A DNA stretch of 64,000 bases from Alphaproteobacteria bacterium (GTDB lineage Bacteria > Pseudomonadota > Alphaproteobacteria > Bin95): NCBI GenBank assembly GCA_963665325.3, contig OZ224045.1, positions 448,001-512,000 on the forward strand, written 5' to 3'. Positions 7,378 through 17,337 of this stretch are shown one piece after another. The stretch's first letter is position 1. The number at the start of each line of letters is the position of its first letter. The notes beneath the pieces were generated by a model. That model searched no databases. It was given only the letters and a program-made list of their open reading frames with translations, and was not told the origin of the DNA. The translations under genes were made by a program, and so were the position numbers.

Positions 7378-9738
7378 TCAGAACACATCTTCATTCTCCG
7401 CCAGGCCCGCCTCGACACTGGCGCGGCGCATGACGCGCTCAAGGCGGCGGGTTAACTCGTCTTCGTCGTCCAACGCGGCCCCCTCGATGTGGATTGTCGT
7501 GTGAAAGACGATACTCGCGCCCCGTCCGGCCTCCGTCCGCGTGGAAACCGGCCCAGCGCCAGCGCGCCCCGCCGCCTCATCCTCGTCGCGGCCTGGCGGC
7601 GCGGGCGCTGCCGGCGCCCGCGTGGTCTCGAAATGCTCGGTCAGCGCCTGCACGTCGCCGCGCAGTGCCTTGAGGTCGATCTCGGCGACATCCTCGGGCG
7701 GCGTGGCGGCGCCGGCGCGCGCGTCCTCGAACGTCCTGCCTATCCGGGCCGCCTCCTCCTGCATGGCCGCGTAATCGGACGCGGGGGCCGTCGTCGTAGC
7801 CATATCGCCTGCTTGCGGCGCAGGCGCAGCTGCTACGGCGAGCGGGGCCGCCACGACGCCGGCGGCGAGCGTCCGGCCTACCGCGCCTCTTCCGCGCCTG
7901 CGGCGGCCCGGTCGCCCGGCTGCCGGCGGCGCGTCATCGGCAGTCTCATCCGCGCTGCCGTCGCCGAACCGCCTTCCGATCCATCGCCCGAGCGCCGAGC
8001 CCTTGATGGCGTCGCCGACCTTCTTGATCCATTCCCAGAGCTTCTTGATCTTCTCCCACACCCAGCCGACCGCGTCGCCGATCGGCTCCCAGAGCGCGTA
8101 GATGATCGCGCCGGCGGCGACAAATCCCGCCACGACCAGCCCGACAGGATTGGCCAGCATCGCGGCGTTCACGACCCAGATGCCGGCCGCCAGGGCCGTC
8201 GCGCCGACGGTGAGCAGCCCGAAGCCCAGCGCCAGCGCGCCGATGAGGCGCCCGGCCCAGGGATAGCGCTCGATCAGCTCGGAGACCCGGCCCGCCTGGC
8301 GGGCGAGCCACCCCGTGGTGGCGGTGATCTGCGGCAGCAGCGTGTTGGCGAATATCTCCCCGACCTGCCGCACGTTCTGGCCGAGCATCGTCCACTGCGC
8401 AGCGCCGCCCTTCAGGAACCGTTGATACTCCTCGTCGACCAGGTTGGACTTGCCGGCCTCGACCAGATCGCGTTTGGCGATCGCCATCTTGGAGATCGCC
8501 GGCAGCAGCAGGCTGAAGCCGCGCGACCCTTCCTCGCCGACCGCCTCCTGGATCATCTGCACCAGCGCGTCCTGCTCGCTGATACGGCCGTCGGACGCGT
8601 CCACGAGCTCTTCCAGGCGCATGCGCACGTCGTCGGAGTCGATCGAGTTCTTGAAGTTCTCCAGCGTCCCGACAAGGTCCATCGCGCCGTCTTTCGTGCG
8701 CACGATCCGAAACCCGAACTCTTCGCTCGCCTTGCCCATCGTGCGCAGCATCGCGCGGAAGGCTTCGCCCGCCACCGAGCCCTGCAAGCCTGCGGAGTTG
8801 AGCTGTCCGACCACCGCCGCCATGTCTTCGAGCGGCACCTTCGCGGCGACGGCGGACGCAGAAGCGTATTTCAGTCCCTCGCCGAGCTGGCCGAAATCCC
8901 GGATCTGGTACTGGAATTGCGTCTTGGCCAGCACGTTGCCGATGCGATTCATCTTCTGCTCGACCGTGCCGGCCATGCCCTCGGCCATATTGTTGAAGGT
9001 GATGGCGAATATCTCGCCCACCTGGCCGGCGGCGCCCTTGGTGACCTTCGCAAGCCTGTGCACGCGCTCCTCGGCCGCGTCGACCGCGCCCTCGTTGAAG
9101 CCGGCCGAGTGCAGCGCGTACTGGATGTTGAGCACCTCCTCGTCGCTCGCGAGCGACGTGCGCGAGTACTCGCGGGCGCGGCCCACGGCGCGGCCCACGG
9201 CGGCGTCGCGGTCCGGTCCGGTGACGACGGTGCGGAGATACTGCGCCTGCTCCTCGCGCTCCATCGCCCCGCCGACCATGCGGGCAACGCCGTATCCGGC
9301 GCCGGCGACGCCGAGCATGCGCGCGCGCATGGAACGCAGGACGCCGCCGGCGTGGTCCCGGCGATCCATGCGCCTTTTCTGGGTGGCGATCCGCGCCTCG
9401 GTGCGCCGGAGCTCGGCCTGGAGATCGCGCTGCCGGTCGATGACGTTCCCGACGTTGATGCCGTATTTCTGTGCCGCCTTGCTTGCGCCGGCATAGGCGG
9501 CCTTCGCCTCGGCCAGCATCTTGTCGGCGGAGGCGCCGACCTTTCTATGATGCTCCCGGACCTCGGCGAGCTTGCGCTGGTGCTTGATAAGCCCGCCGGC
9601 GACGCGGAACTCCTGGTCCGTCCGCTTGAAGGTGTCGCCGAGCTGGCGGAGCCGGCCCGTCGCGTCCCTGACGGAGCGGCGGTAGGCCGAGTCTACCCGC
9701 GCGCCGATCCGGAGGCCTACCTCGAGGTCGGCGGCCAT
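7378..9738 (-). CDS. Tail tape measure protein
   Basis: 786-aa helical protein with AGLQGSVAGEAFRAML and AMLANPVGLVV; follows the tail chaperones. Confidence 0.9.
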   Translation of the reverse strand: MAADLEVGLRIGARVDSAYRRSVRDATGRLRQLGDTFKRTDQEFRVAGGLIKHQRKLAEVREHHRKVGASADKMLAEAKAAYAGASKAAQKYGINVGNVIDRQRDLQAELRRTEARIATQKRRMDRRDHAGGVLRSMRARMLGVAGAGYGVARMVGGAMEREEQAQYLRTVVTGPDRDAAVGRAVGRAREYSRTSLASDEEVLNIQYALHSAGFNEGAVDAAEERVHRLAKVTKGAAGQVGEIFAITFNNMAEGMAGTVEQKMNRIGNVLAKTQFQYQIRDFGQLGEGLKYASASAVAAKVPLEDMAAVVGQLNSAGLQGSVAGEAFRAMLRTMGKASEEFGFRIVRTKDGAMDLVGTLENFKNSIDSDDVRMRLEELVDASDGRISEQDALVQMIQEAVGEEGSRGFSLLLPAISKMAIAKRDLVEAGKSNLVDEEYQRFLKGGAAQWTMLGQNVRQVGEIFANTLLPQITATTGWLARQAGRVSELIERYPWAGRLIGALALGFGLLTVGATALAAGIWVVNAAMLANPVGLVVAGFVAAGAIIYALWEPIGDAVGWVWEKIKKLWEWIKKVGDAIKGSALGRWIGRRFGDGSADETADDAPPAAGRPGRRRRGRGAVGRTLAAGVVAAPLAVAAAPAPQAGDMATTTAPASDYAAMQEEAARIGRTFEDARAGAATPPEDVAEIDLKALRGDVQALTEHFETTRAPAAPAPPGRDEDEAAGRAGAGPVSTRTEAGRGASIVFHTTIHIEGAALDDEDELTRRLERVMRRASVEAGLAENEDVF

Positions 9739-9741
9739 GCG

Positions 9742-10136
9742 CTAACGCCTCGGGTAGAGCGCCTTCGCCAGACGCCCCGCCTCATCCGTCCACAGCAGAA
9801 GCTCTTCCATGTCCATATCGTCGAGATCCCCGACCGGGATGTGCAGCATGTGCGCGACGAGCGCCATCGCGCGGCGCGTCTCGGAAGGGCTCAGGACAAA
9901 AAACGCTGATACACGTCCTGGAGCCGCACATAGTCGGCCATGTCGAGCTCCTCGATCACGTCCGGCGGGACCTCGCACAGGTTCGAGAACATCCGGAACT
10001 CGCTGTCGGCCGCGGAGCCGCCGCCGCGCTGCGCATCGCGCGAGTCCCGCGCCTTCGGGCGGCGCATGGACAGCTCGCTGTATTCCACGCCCTGATGCGT
10101 GACGGGACGCTGGAGCGTGACCGTTTCCTTCTCCAT
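9742..10136 (-). CDS. Tail assembly chaperone gpE / gpE+E' (programmed -1 frameshift)
   Basis: 81-aa ORF 9891-10136 ends CGT TTT TTG TCC TGA. The -1 frame continues ...LDDMDMEELLLW... to TAG at 9742. Slippery T6G at 9897-9903, as in P2. Confidence 0.85.
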
Positions 10137-10151
10137 GGGACTTCCTCCTCC

Positions 10152-10655
10152 CTAGATGCCGAGCGCGGCGCGCTGTTCGGCGAGCCGGTCCGTGCCGTTG
10201 ACCATGCGGATCATGTTGTCGACGTCGATCTCGATGAGCGCCTGGCCGTCATGCTCATACTTGTAATAGCGCACGGCCATGGAGCATTTGAGCGGGACCT
10301 TCTCGCCGGTCTTCCAGGTGCCGTAATCGACCTCCTTCAGCTGCCCGCGCAACTGCGCGACGACGGGCGTGACGGCGCCGTCCTCGCTCTCCAGCGCGCC
10401 CCGGACAGTGAGCGGCACCAGATTGCCCGGCGCCAGGCCCCAGGACCGCATCAGCTCGGCGTCGATGTTCGAGGTCGAGAAGTCGGCCTCGAGCTTCTCG
10501 AGGCCCATGTCGATCTCCGCCGGCGCGTCCATGCCGCCGTCCCGGTGCTCCTCCATCTTCACGGTGAGCTTGGGCAAGTTGACCTCCATCACCTGGCCGG
10601 CGTAGCCGCGCCCGTCGACGAACAGGTTCACGTTCTTCAGGACGTTGACGATCAT
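10152..10655 (-). CDS. Major tail tube protein (P2 FII-like)
   Basis: LKNVNLFVDGRGY, LPKLTVKMEEHR.GGMD, EIDVDNM...NGTDRLAEQRAALG. Confidence 0.92.
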   Translation of the reverse strand: MIVNVLKNVNLFVDGRGYAGQVMEVNLPKLTVKMEEHRDGGMDAPAEIDMGLEKLEADFSTSNIDAELMRSWGLAPGNLVPLTVRGALESEDGAVTPVVAQLRGQLKEVDYGTWKTGEKVPLKCSMAVRYYKYEHDGQALIEIDVDNMIRMVNGTDRLAEQRAALGI

Positions 10656-12334
10656 GCCGCTTCCTCCTCATCGGTGTCTTCATCCTCCTCGGCCGCGCCG
10701 AGGATGGTGTCAAGATAGTCGTTGGTGAGCCGCGAGCGGAACGTGACGCGCTCGGCAGGCGGCGGCGGGGTGAAGTCGATATCGAAATACACCCGGCCCG
10801 CCGCGAGCGTATCCGCCGTGTTGAGCTCGGGCGAGGGGATGCAGCTGCCGCCCAGCAGCGCGCCGAGGCCGACGAGCTCGCGGATATAGGCGTTCACGCC
10901 TTCCGCCACATCGTCGAAATAGGTCTTCGTGATGTTGCGGTCGACGGCCCAGAGATGCGAGCGCAGCAGGCTCTCGTTCAGGATGTCGGCAGTGCGCACA
11001 ACCGACAGGAACGCCCACTTGGCGTCGGACGAGCAGGTGCGGTTGCCCCAGAGCCGGTAGCCGCGCTCCCGGATGATGGTCGCGACCTCGCTCTCGTTGA
11101 GTAGGTTCGCGCGCGCGTTCGGATCGCCGAGCGCGAAGTCGATGGGCCTGGCCGTCCCGACGATGCCCCTGATCTGCCGGTTCGACGGGCTCCACCAGAA
11201 GCCCCGCTCGGCATCGCTGCGCGCGATGACGCCGGCGACATAGGCCGAGTTCGGCGCGGAGACCGGATCGCCGCCATCGGGGTCGGCGACCTGGACGTCG
11301 GGGTCAACGAGGTAGGCGCGACGGCTGCCGAACTCCCCGCGATAGCTTATCGCCTGCGAGTCCGTGACGCTGGGTCCCTCGATCGGCGTGACCGCGCGCA
11401 GCCGGTCCGCCGCCGCGATCAGCGCGGCAGCCACGCTCTCCGTGTCGGAGTAGCCGGGCGCGATCAGGATTTTCGGGGTCTGCCCCACGGCGCTCTGGGA
11501 GCCGAGCAACGCGCTCACGCCGGTGTAGGCGTCGGTGCCGGAGTCGACCCCGCCCACGATGTCCGGCGCCGTGATCGCTGCCGCGTCAGGCCGGTCGTAG
11601 GAGATGTTGAGCCACTCGTCGGAGTCGATATCGGCGCCGACTCGCGACAACACGCCGGTGTCGGCATTATACGCGTACTGGCCCGCCGCGCGGGTGACCT
11701 CATCGGCCTCCGGATCGGCGACGCCAGACGCCCAGACGCCGTAAACGACGATGCCGCCCGTGCGGTGCTGAACTTCGGCGTAGGAGTTGGCCCCCGGGGT
11801 GATCGCGACCTTCTCGCGATAGCGCGTGGCGCCGTTCGAGTATTCGACGACGGCGGCATCGGTGAGCGCCGTCCAGACCGTGCTGGCGCTCACCCTCGAA
11901 AGACGGCCCTCGTTGGTTGTGCCCGCGGCGGCGAGCGTATAGTCCGTCGTCTCTACCGCCGCGCCCGAGGCCGGCTCGGATTTCACGACGAGGCTTGCGG
12001 CGTATTTGTGCGCGAGCGTCACGCTGCCGTTCTGCAGCTCGTAGAGCCGCGCGGGTACTGCCGCCTTGTCGACGTCCGGGTCGAGCACGTTGACAACGAC
12101 CACCGCCGCGCCCGTCTGCGCGAAGATCGCCTCGAGCGCGTCCGGGATCGTGCCGACGCCGGCGCCGAAGACCTCGGTGCCCTTGGTGCGCGAGCCCGAG
12201 ATCAGCGTCGGCGTGTTGATCGGCCCCTTCGGCGCCGAGCCGACGAGGCCGATGACGGCGCTCTTGACGGTACGGATCGGGCGCAGGCCCGACTGGATTT
12301 CTACGACTTCAACGCCGTGGAGAAAGTCTGTCAT
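10652..12334 (-). CDS. Tail sheath protein (P2 FI-like)
   Basis: FLHGVEVVEI, GFWWSPSN, GYRLWGNRT and F..PPPAE motifs. Confidence 0.93.
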   Translation of the reverse strand: MTDFLHGVEVVEIQSGLRPIRTVKSAVIGLVGSAPKGPINTPTLISGSRTKGTEVFGAGVGTIPDALEAIFAQTGAAVVVVNVLDPDVDKAAVPARLYELQNGSVTLAHKYAASLVVKSEPASGAAVETTDYTLAAAGTTNEGRLSRVSASTVWTALTDAAVVEYSNGATRYREKVAITPGANSYAEVQHRTGGIVVYGVWASGVADPEADEVTRAAGQYAYNADTGVLSRVGADIDSDEWLNISYDRPDAAAITAPDIVGGVDSGTDAYTGVSALLGSQSAVGQTPKILIAPGYSDTESVAAALIAAADRLRAVTPIEGPSVTDSQAISYRGEFGSRRAYLVDPDVQVADPDGGDPVSAPNSAYVAGVIARSDAERGFWWSPSNRQIRGIVGTARPIDFALGDPNARANLLNESEVATIIRERGYRLWGNRTCSSDAKWAFLSVVRTADILNESLLRSHLWAVDRNITKTYFDDVAEGVNAYIRELVGLGALLGGSCIPSPELNTADTLAAGRVYFDIDFTPPPPAERVTFRSRLTNDYLDTILGAAEEDEDTDEEEAA

Positions 12335-12387
12335 TTGGTGCCTCCTTTGTTTGCCTTAAGCGGACGCCGCTGGTGGCCATCGAGTTC

Positions 12388-14319
12388 CTAGCCTAACGGG
12401 GCGGCCATCAGGTAAGAGCCCTTGCGCAGAGTCAGGGAAACTGGAGCGTTGATGGTTTCAACAGAGTATGTGACTTCCTCCAGCGTGTTCGGCTTGTCGA
12501 CCCAATCCTCGAAGTTTGAGGGGTAGGCACTTCCTTCCCCGAACAGAATGCCGGATGCCGGGTCAATCAGCGTTGTGGAGTTTCGTTTCAATCGGAGGCT
12601 GCCGCCGTGGCTTCCGGTAAACATTGCAAGTACATTCAACTTGATTGCCGAGTCCATTCTCGGCGGCGTGATGGATACCGACAAAACGGTTCCAATCGCG
12701 GTCACCGCCTCGTCGGCGGCCTTGATATCGGCCTTTACCGAGTCCGGCATAACAAACGCCGTTATCGACGAACCGGGGAGAATTTGCCGGTCATACCGTG
12801 CGTCCGTCTCCTTCGCCTGCATCTTGTAAGTCGGCGTTCCCGCGCCCGGCTTGTCCAGCAGCAGTTGGCGGCGCCAAGCAACCCCGTCCTCGTGATCCCA
12901 GCGGAATTCAGGGGCGATGTCTGTATTTCCCCGCCGGAAGCGAACCACCGCAGGATAAGGCGGCGCAGTGCGACGGCTGGCCCCAATACTCGTCAGCAAC
13001 CCCACGATTTGATCGGCCTTTACAGCGCCGGACATCTGGCCGCTGATTGCATCCGCCCATCCCAGCGTAAGGTTCAGGGCAGCGGTGCGGCTAAAAAAAG
13101 AAATGCTCCCTACCCCCCCTGCCGCGATGGCCGCTTTCATCCCCGCCGGCGTCACTGCCCTTTCGCTGTCGGTTCCGGTGATCACCTCGGCATTTGTCGC
13201 CAGCTCGACGATGCCGCGCACCGATGTCGACGCGTTCGGGACCCGCGCCGCCAGCCCGGCCGGCGTCACGGCGCGCTCGGTATCGGTGCCGGTCTTTGCC
13301 TCGGTAGTGGTGGCGAGCTCGACGAGCCCGCGTACCGACGCCGACGCGTTCGGGGTGCGCCCTGCCAGCCCCGCCGGCGTGACGGCCCGCGCGCTGTCGG
13401 TGCCGGTCTTTGCCTCGGTCGCGGTCGCCAACTCGACGACGCCCTTCCGGCTCGTGGTCGCCGTGCGCGAGGCGAGCCCGGCCGGCGTCACGGCCCGCTC
13501 GGTATCGGTGCCGGTCTGAACCTCCGTGTTGGTGGCAAGCTCCACCAGGCCGCGCCGCGTGGTCGTGGCATTGGGCGGGGCGGCAGAGGCGGGGATCTGG
13601 CCGATCCGCGCCTCCAGCCCGGCCGGCGTCACGGCGCGCTCGGTATCGGTGCCGGTCTGAACCTCCGTGTTGGTGGCAAGCTCCACCAGGCCGCGCCGCG
13701 TGGTCGTGGCATTGGGCGGGGCGGCAGAGGCGGGGATCTGGCCGATCCGCGCCTCCAGCCCGGCCGGCGTCACGGCGCGCTCGGTATCGGTGCCGGTACG
13801 CGCCTCGGTAGTGGTGGCGAGCTCGACTATGCCGCGCGCTTCCGTCGTCGCGTGATCCGTTTTCAGCACCACATTGTCCGGCACGCCGACGGAGATGTTG
13901 ACCGCCGGCGTGACGGTGATGGCGGCGCTCGAGGCCTCGATCGCGATGAGGCCGGCGACGATGAGCGCCGTGTCTGCAGCCGCGCTGGCGAGCGCGCCGT
14001 TCGCGTCCTCCGCGACCCAATAGGCCGCGAGGAACTCGGCGCCGGCGCCGATCCGCGCGAACAGGCCGGCCTCGGTAACGATGAAGTTCTCGGTCGGGCT
14101 GTAGTCGGCGCGGATGGCGATGCGCGTGTCTCCGCTCGCCTGGCCGGTGACGTCCGCGATCGCCTTCTGGTCGATCAGCGCGGTCCGCGCCGACTGGTCG
14201 CCCGTTCCGGTGCCGGCGCCGACGGCGAGCTTCGTGAACCGGACCGCCGACGTGCCGATATTGGAGGCGTCCGCGATCGCGGCGAGGCCGGCGGCCGTCA
14301 TGGCGAGATGCATGGTCAT
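12388..14319 (-). CDS. Tail fibre protein with six fibre repeats and a lower-GC variable C-terminus
   Basis: gpH-like N-terminus; six A...RG.VELAT..E..TGTD..RAVTPAG repeats. Confidence 0.85.
   Translation of the reverse strand: MTMHLAMTAAGLAAIADASNIGTSAVRFTKLAVGAGTGTGDQSARTALIDQKAIADVTGQASGDTRIAIRADYSPTENFIVTEAGLFARIGAGAEFLAAYWVAEDANGALASAAADTALIVAGLIAIEASSAAITVTPAVNISVGVPDNVVLKTDHATTEARGIVELATTTEARTGTDTERAVTPAGLEARIGQIPASAAPPNATTTRRGLVELATNTEVQTGTDTERAVTPAGLEARIGQIPASAAPPNATTTRRGLVELATNTEVQTGTDTERAVTPAGLASRTATTSRKGVVELATATEAKTGTDSARAVTPAGLAGRTPNASASVRGLVELATTTEAKTGTDTERAVTPAGLAARVPNASTSVRGIVELATNAEVITGTDSERAVTPAGMKAAIAAGGVGSISFFSRTAALNLTLGWADAISGQMSGAVKADQIVGLLTSIGASRRTAPPYPAVVRFRRGNTDIAPEFRWDHEDGVAWRRQLLLDKPGAGTPTYKMQAKETDARYDRQILPGSSITAFVMPDSVKADIKAADEAVTAIGTVLSVSITPPRMDSAIKLNVLAMFTGSHGGSLRLKRNSTTLIDPASGILFGEGSAYPSNFEDWVDKPNTLEEVTYSVETINAPVSLTLRKGSYLMAAPLG
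13501..13797. repeat. Exact 141-bp (47-aa) tandem duplication in the tail fibre
   Basis: GGTATCGGTGCCGGT recurs at 13501, 13642 and 13783 with identical intervening sequence. Confidence 0.9.
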
Positions 14320-14864
14320 GCTGCACCCTCGTTGATCGTGAGCGCGATGTCGGCGACCTGGACGCCCGCGGAAGCCACTCCGACGCCGATGACCGTAGTG
14401 CCGAGCGAGGAAGCCACGGACAGCAGGTAGTGCGTCGAGAACCGCTTGGCGTCGTCGATATATTCCTTGATGGCGGCGGTGTCGGTCGTGCCGAGCAGCG
14501 TGTTGGAGTTCAGTATCGAGACGGCGATCGTGTGCGCGGCCCCTTCCGGGCGCTCGCTCAGATCGTAGACCGCACCGATATCGTCGAGCGCGCGGCGAAC
14601 CGCAGCGAGCGTGCCGCGCCGGCGGTGCGTTTCGAGCGCCCGGCGCACCACGCCGCGCTGCACCGCTTCGGGCCATGTCGGGTCCCAGCGTTTCACGCCG
14701 AGCCCCCAGGCCAGCCAGGGCAGCGCTTGGACAGGGCACTCACCGGGCCGCCATAGCTTGTCGACCGGCACCTCGCGTTCATCGACGTCGCCGTACCGCG
14801 CCATCGACTGCTCAAGCGCGCCCTCGATCGGCGAGGCATTGGGCGGAAGGAGCGCTACCGCCAT
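14316..14864 (-). CDS. Tail protein I (P2 gpI-like)
   Basis: LLPPNAS..E, CP..ALPWLAW..V..W...WPE, HRRRGT.AAVRRAL. Confidence 0.9.
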   Translation of the reverse strand: MAVALLPPNASPIEGALEQSMARYGDVDEREVPVDKLWRPGECPVQALPWLAWGLGVKRWDPTWPEAVQRGVVRRALETHRRRGTLAAVRRALDDIGAVYDLSERPEGAAHTIAVSILNSNTLLGTTDTAAIKEYIDDAKRFSTHYLLSVASSLGTTVIGVGVASAGVQVADIALTINEGAA

Positions 14865-14865
14865 G

Positions 14866-15840
14866 TCAGCCCACCGTCACGGCAAGGCCGTCCGCCGGCG
14901 CGGTGGCCGGGTTCCGGTAGCCGTGCATTCCGCCCGAGAGATCCTCCGCGCCGGCGCCGCCCGCTATCGAGTCGACCTGCGCCGGCCAGAGCGCCGCCAC
15001 GTTCCGCCAGGCCGTCGGCGCCGCCGCGATCTCGGTCGGGCCGAGCTTGTCGTGCGCCAGCTTCGTCGATCCCCAGTAGAAGTCGGCAGTCGCGCTTATC
15101 ACGCCGGGGACATGGGCGGCGCCCAGGACGGCGCTCTTGTAGATCGTGGCGCCGACCCGGTGCCGGTCGAGCAGGTAGGCGAGGATGGCGCGCTCGGCGG
15201 CGGCCTGGACCAGCGTCCTGTCCGGGCCGTCGCCAACGGTGAGCGCGACCTGCAGCTGGTAGACGATGTTCCGCGCCGCGAGCACCGTCACCGCATCGGT
15301 GAGCGGGCGGACGCTGGCGCTGGAAAGCGCGGCAAGGACCCTGGCGACCAGCGCCGCGCCCGGAAGCCCGTCGGCATTGTCGCCGCCGATCAGGACGAGC
15401 TGGACCGTGCCGGCCGTGTCGGAGGTGATATCGACGCTCTTGACGCGCGGATCGGCCGAGAGCGCGTGGAACTCGTAGCCGCCCCTCGGCCCGGCGACGG
15501 AGAGCGCCTCGAGCGACAGCCGGAAGCGCTGCAACAGGCGCTCGTCGCTCTCTGCCGCCTGGCGCACCACGCCATTCAGCGCGACCAGATGCTCGAGGTC
15601 CGCGCCGCGGGCGAAGGCGAGAATGTTCGCCTTGGCCGCCTCGTTGATGCGGTTGCGCAGCAGCAGCTCGCGGTAGGCGGCGACCTCCAGCAGCTTCAGC
15701 GCCGGGTCGCTCTCGACCCAGGCCGTATAGTCCGTGTAGCGGCCCCGGAAGTCCGCCACGATCTCCGCCAGGATCGTCTCGAAATCCAGCGGCTCGACGA
15801 CGGTCGGCGCGGGCAGCTGCGAGAGGTCGATCTCGGGCAT
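14866..15840 (-). CDS. Baseplate assembly protein J
   Basis: IDLSQLPAPTVVEPLDFE, ESDP..KLLE..AYRE, SVAGPRGGYEFHA, VRPLTD.V.V. Confidence 0.93.
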   Translation of the reverse strand: MPEIDLSQLPAPTVVEPLDFETILAEIVADFRGRYTDYTAWVESDPALKLLEVAAYRELLLRNRINEAAKANILAFARGADLEHLVALNGVVRQAAESDERLLQRFRLSLEALSVAGPRGGYEFHALSADPRVKSVDITSDTAGTVQLVLIGGDNADGLPGAALVARVLAALSSASVRPLTDAVTVLAARNIVYQLQVALTVGDGPDRTLVQAAAERAILAYLLDRHRVGATIYKSAVLGAAHVPGVISATADFYWGSTKLAHDKLGPTEIAAAPTAWRNVAALWPAQVDSIAGGAGAEDLSGGMHGYRNPATAPADGLAVTVG

Positions 15841-16178
15841 CAGACGGTGACTCCATCGACGGTGACCGGGGTGCCCTCCGGCAGGCGCTCGCCGTCGAGG
15901 TCGAGCGAGACCTGCCCGCCGGCAGTGGCGGCGGCGACCCGGACCCGGAGCAGGCGGAACCGCGGCTCCCAGCGGTCGAGCGCCTCCGCCGAGGCCGCCA
16001 CGATCGCGGCGATCGTTTCGGCGTTCAGCGGCGCGTCGACGAGCTCGAACAGGCGCGAGCCGTAGGTGCGGCGCATCACCCGCGAGCCGAGCGGCGTGGT
16101 GAGGACGTCGCGCACGGACTGGCGCAGATGCGCCTCGCCGCTCGTCCTCAGCCCCGTCTGTGCGTCGATGCCCCGCAT
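15840..16178 (-). CDS. Baseplate wedge protein (gpW/gp25)
   Basis: HLRQSVRDVLTTPLGSRVMRRTYGS, WEPR. Confidence 0.93.
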   Translation of the reverse strand: MRGIDAQTGLRTSGEAHLRQSVRDVLTTPLGSRVMRRTYGSRLFELVDAPLNAETIAAIVAASAEALDRWEPRFRLLRVRVAAATAGGQVSLDLDGERLPEGTPVTVDGVTV

Positions 16179-16184
16179 GGCGCG

Positions 16185-16367
16185 TTATCCCTTCTTCCGC
16201 CGCGTGCGCGCAGGCGGGGCTTCTTCGGTTTCCTCGCGCCCGATCCAGCCCCGGATGAGCGGGTATTTCGCGGCCCGCGCGCTGAGCGTCAGCCGGTCGC
16301 CCTCGCGCAAGGGGCGCGGGTGGCCGGTGATCACACAGTCTTTAAGCACGATGTAATCATTCTTCAT
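16185..16367 (-). CDS. Small hypothetical phage protein (60 aa)
   Basis: Fills the gap between the PAAR gene and gpW on the coding strand. Confidence 0.55.
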   Translation of the reverse strand: MKNDYIVLKDCVITGHPRPLREGDRLTLSARAAKYPLIRGWIGREETEEAPPARTRRKKG

Positions 16368-16380
16368 AAACGGGTTCCTT

Positions 16381-17337
16381 TCAGCCGCGGGTGAAGGTGA
16401 ATGTGGCCGCGACGTTGCGGCGCGAGGAGATGGCGTTGAAGAATGTCTGCAGCGCCGCCGAGTTGTCCGGGACCCACGAATAAGGCTCCGAGGTATCGGC
16501 GCCGCCGATGCCGGACACGGTGACGCTGCCGAACTCGGTGGCGATGGTGAGCGAGATCTCGCCGCGCACGTCGGCGAGGAGGTCGTTCCGCCCTCTGCCG
16601 ATGTCGATCTGCAGCGCCCCGCCGAGCACGGCCGCATCGATCCGCACACTGAGCAGGCGCAGGTCGGCCCCAGGGGCGCCCCACGCGGGCGGGAGCGCGC
16701 CGAATGTGCCATTCCACGACACCAGGAACCCCGGCGCGGCGACGTAGGCTGAGCCGGGCGCGGTGAGGATGGCCTCGTCGGCCCGCGGCGTGCCCGTCAC
16801 GGCCGCCGACGGCGCCCCGTCGCCGGCGGTTGCCCGGGTGGCGATCACGCGCACCGTGTATTCGGTGCCGATGACCAGGTCCGGGATCGTCCAGGACGTC
16901 CCGGTCACCACGGCCTGACGGGCCGCATCCCAGTCCTGGTCGCCGGACTTCCACTGCACCTTGTAGCTGTCGGCGAGCTGCACGGCGTCCCACGACACCG
17001 CGAGCGCGCCCGTCACGGGCGTCACCGTTGGCGCGGACACCCGGCCCGGAGGCACATCCGGGTCGACCGGCGTAACGGTGATGGTGACGCCGGTACTCGA
17101 TACCGCTCCGTGCCCGCAGGTGGCGGAATCGCCCTGGATGACGATCGGCACGCCGTTGATATTCGTGCTCGGCGACGCGGTCATGCTTGCGGAGCAGTGC
17201 ACGGGCACGCGGGGGCAGGGCGGGTGCGATGCGACGGCGTCGCCGCGCAGCGCCACCGGGACGCCGCCGATCGTCGTCGCCGCGCTTGCCATGATCGCGC
17301 CGCCCGCGACATCGCCCCTGACGCATACCTGGCTCAC
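16381..17337 (-). CDS. PAAR spike-tip protein fused to a fibronectin type III domain and an unknown C-terminal domain
   Basis: GTG overlaps the gpV stop. PVALRGD..H..C...H and INGVPIV.QGD.ATCGH (PAAR), then VSWDAV..ADSYKVQWKS...L..GTEYTVRVIA (FN3). Confidence 0.8.
   Translation of the reverse strand: MSQVCVRGDVAGGAIMASAATTIGGVPVALRGDAVASHPPCPRVPVHCSASMTASPSTNINGVPIVIQGDSATCGHGAVSSTGVTITVTPVDPDVPPGRVSAPTVTPVTGALAVSWDAVQLADSYKVQWKSGDQDWDAARQAVVTGTSWTIPDLVIGTEYTVRVIATRATAGDGAPSAAVTGTPRADEAILTAPGSAYVAAPGFLVSWNGTFGALPPAWGAPGADLRLLSVRIDAAVLGGALQIDIGRGRNDLLADVRGEISLTIATEFGSVTVSGIGGADTSEPYSWVPDNSAALQTFFNAISSRRNVAATFTFTRG

Noticed and set aside
7489-9909. Long antisense or alternate-frame ORFs (also 23359-25803, 33938-37087, 51888-55121 and many more)
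   Set aside because: Shadow ORFs of high-GC genes, with Arg/Ala/Pro-rich translations and no recognisable motifs.
12335-12390. Invertible G-segment/gin or mom locus expected in Mu
   Set aside because: No invertase, flanking inverted repeats, alternative fibre cassette or mom-like ORF was found.
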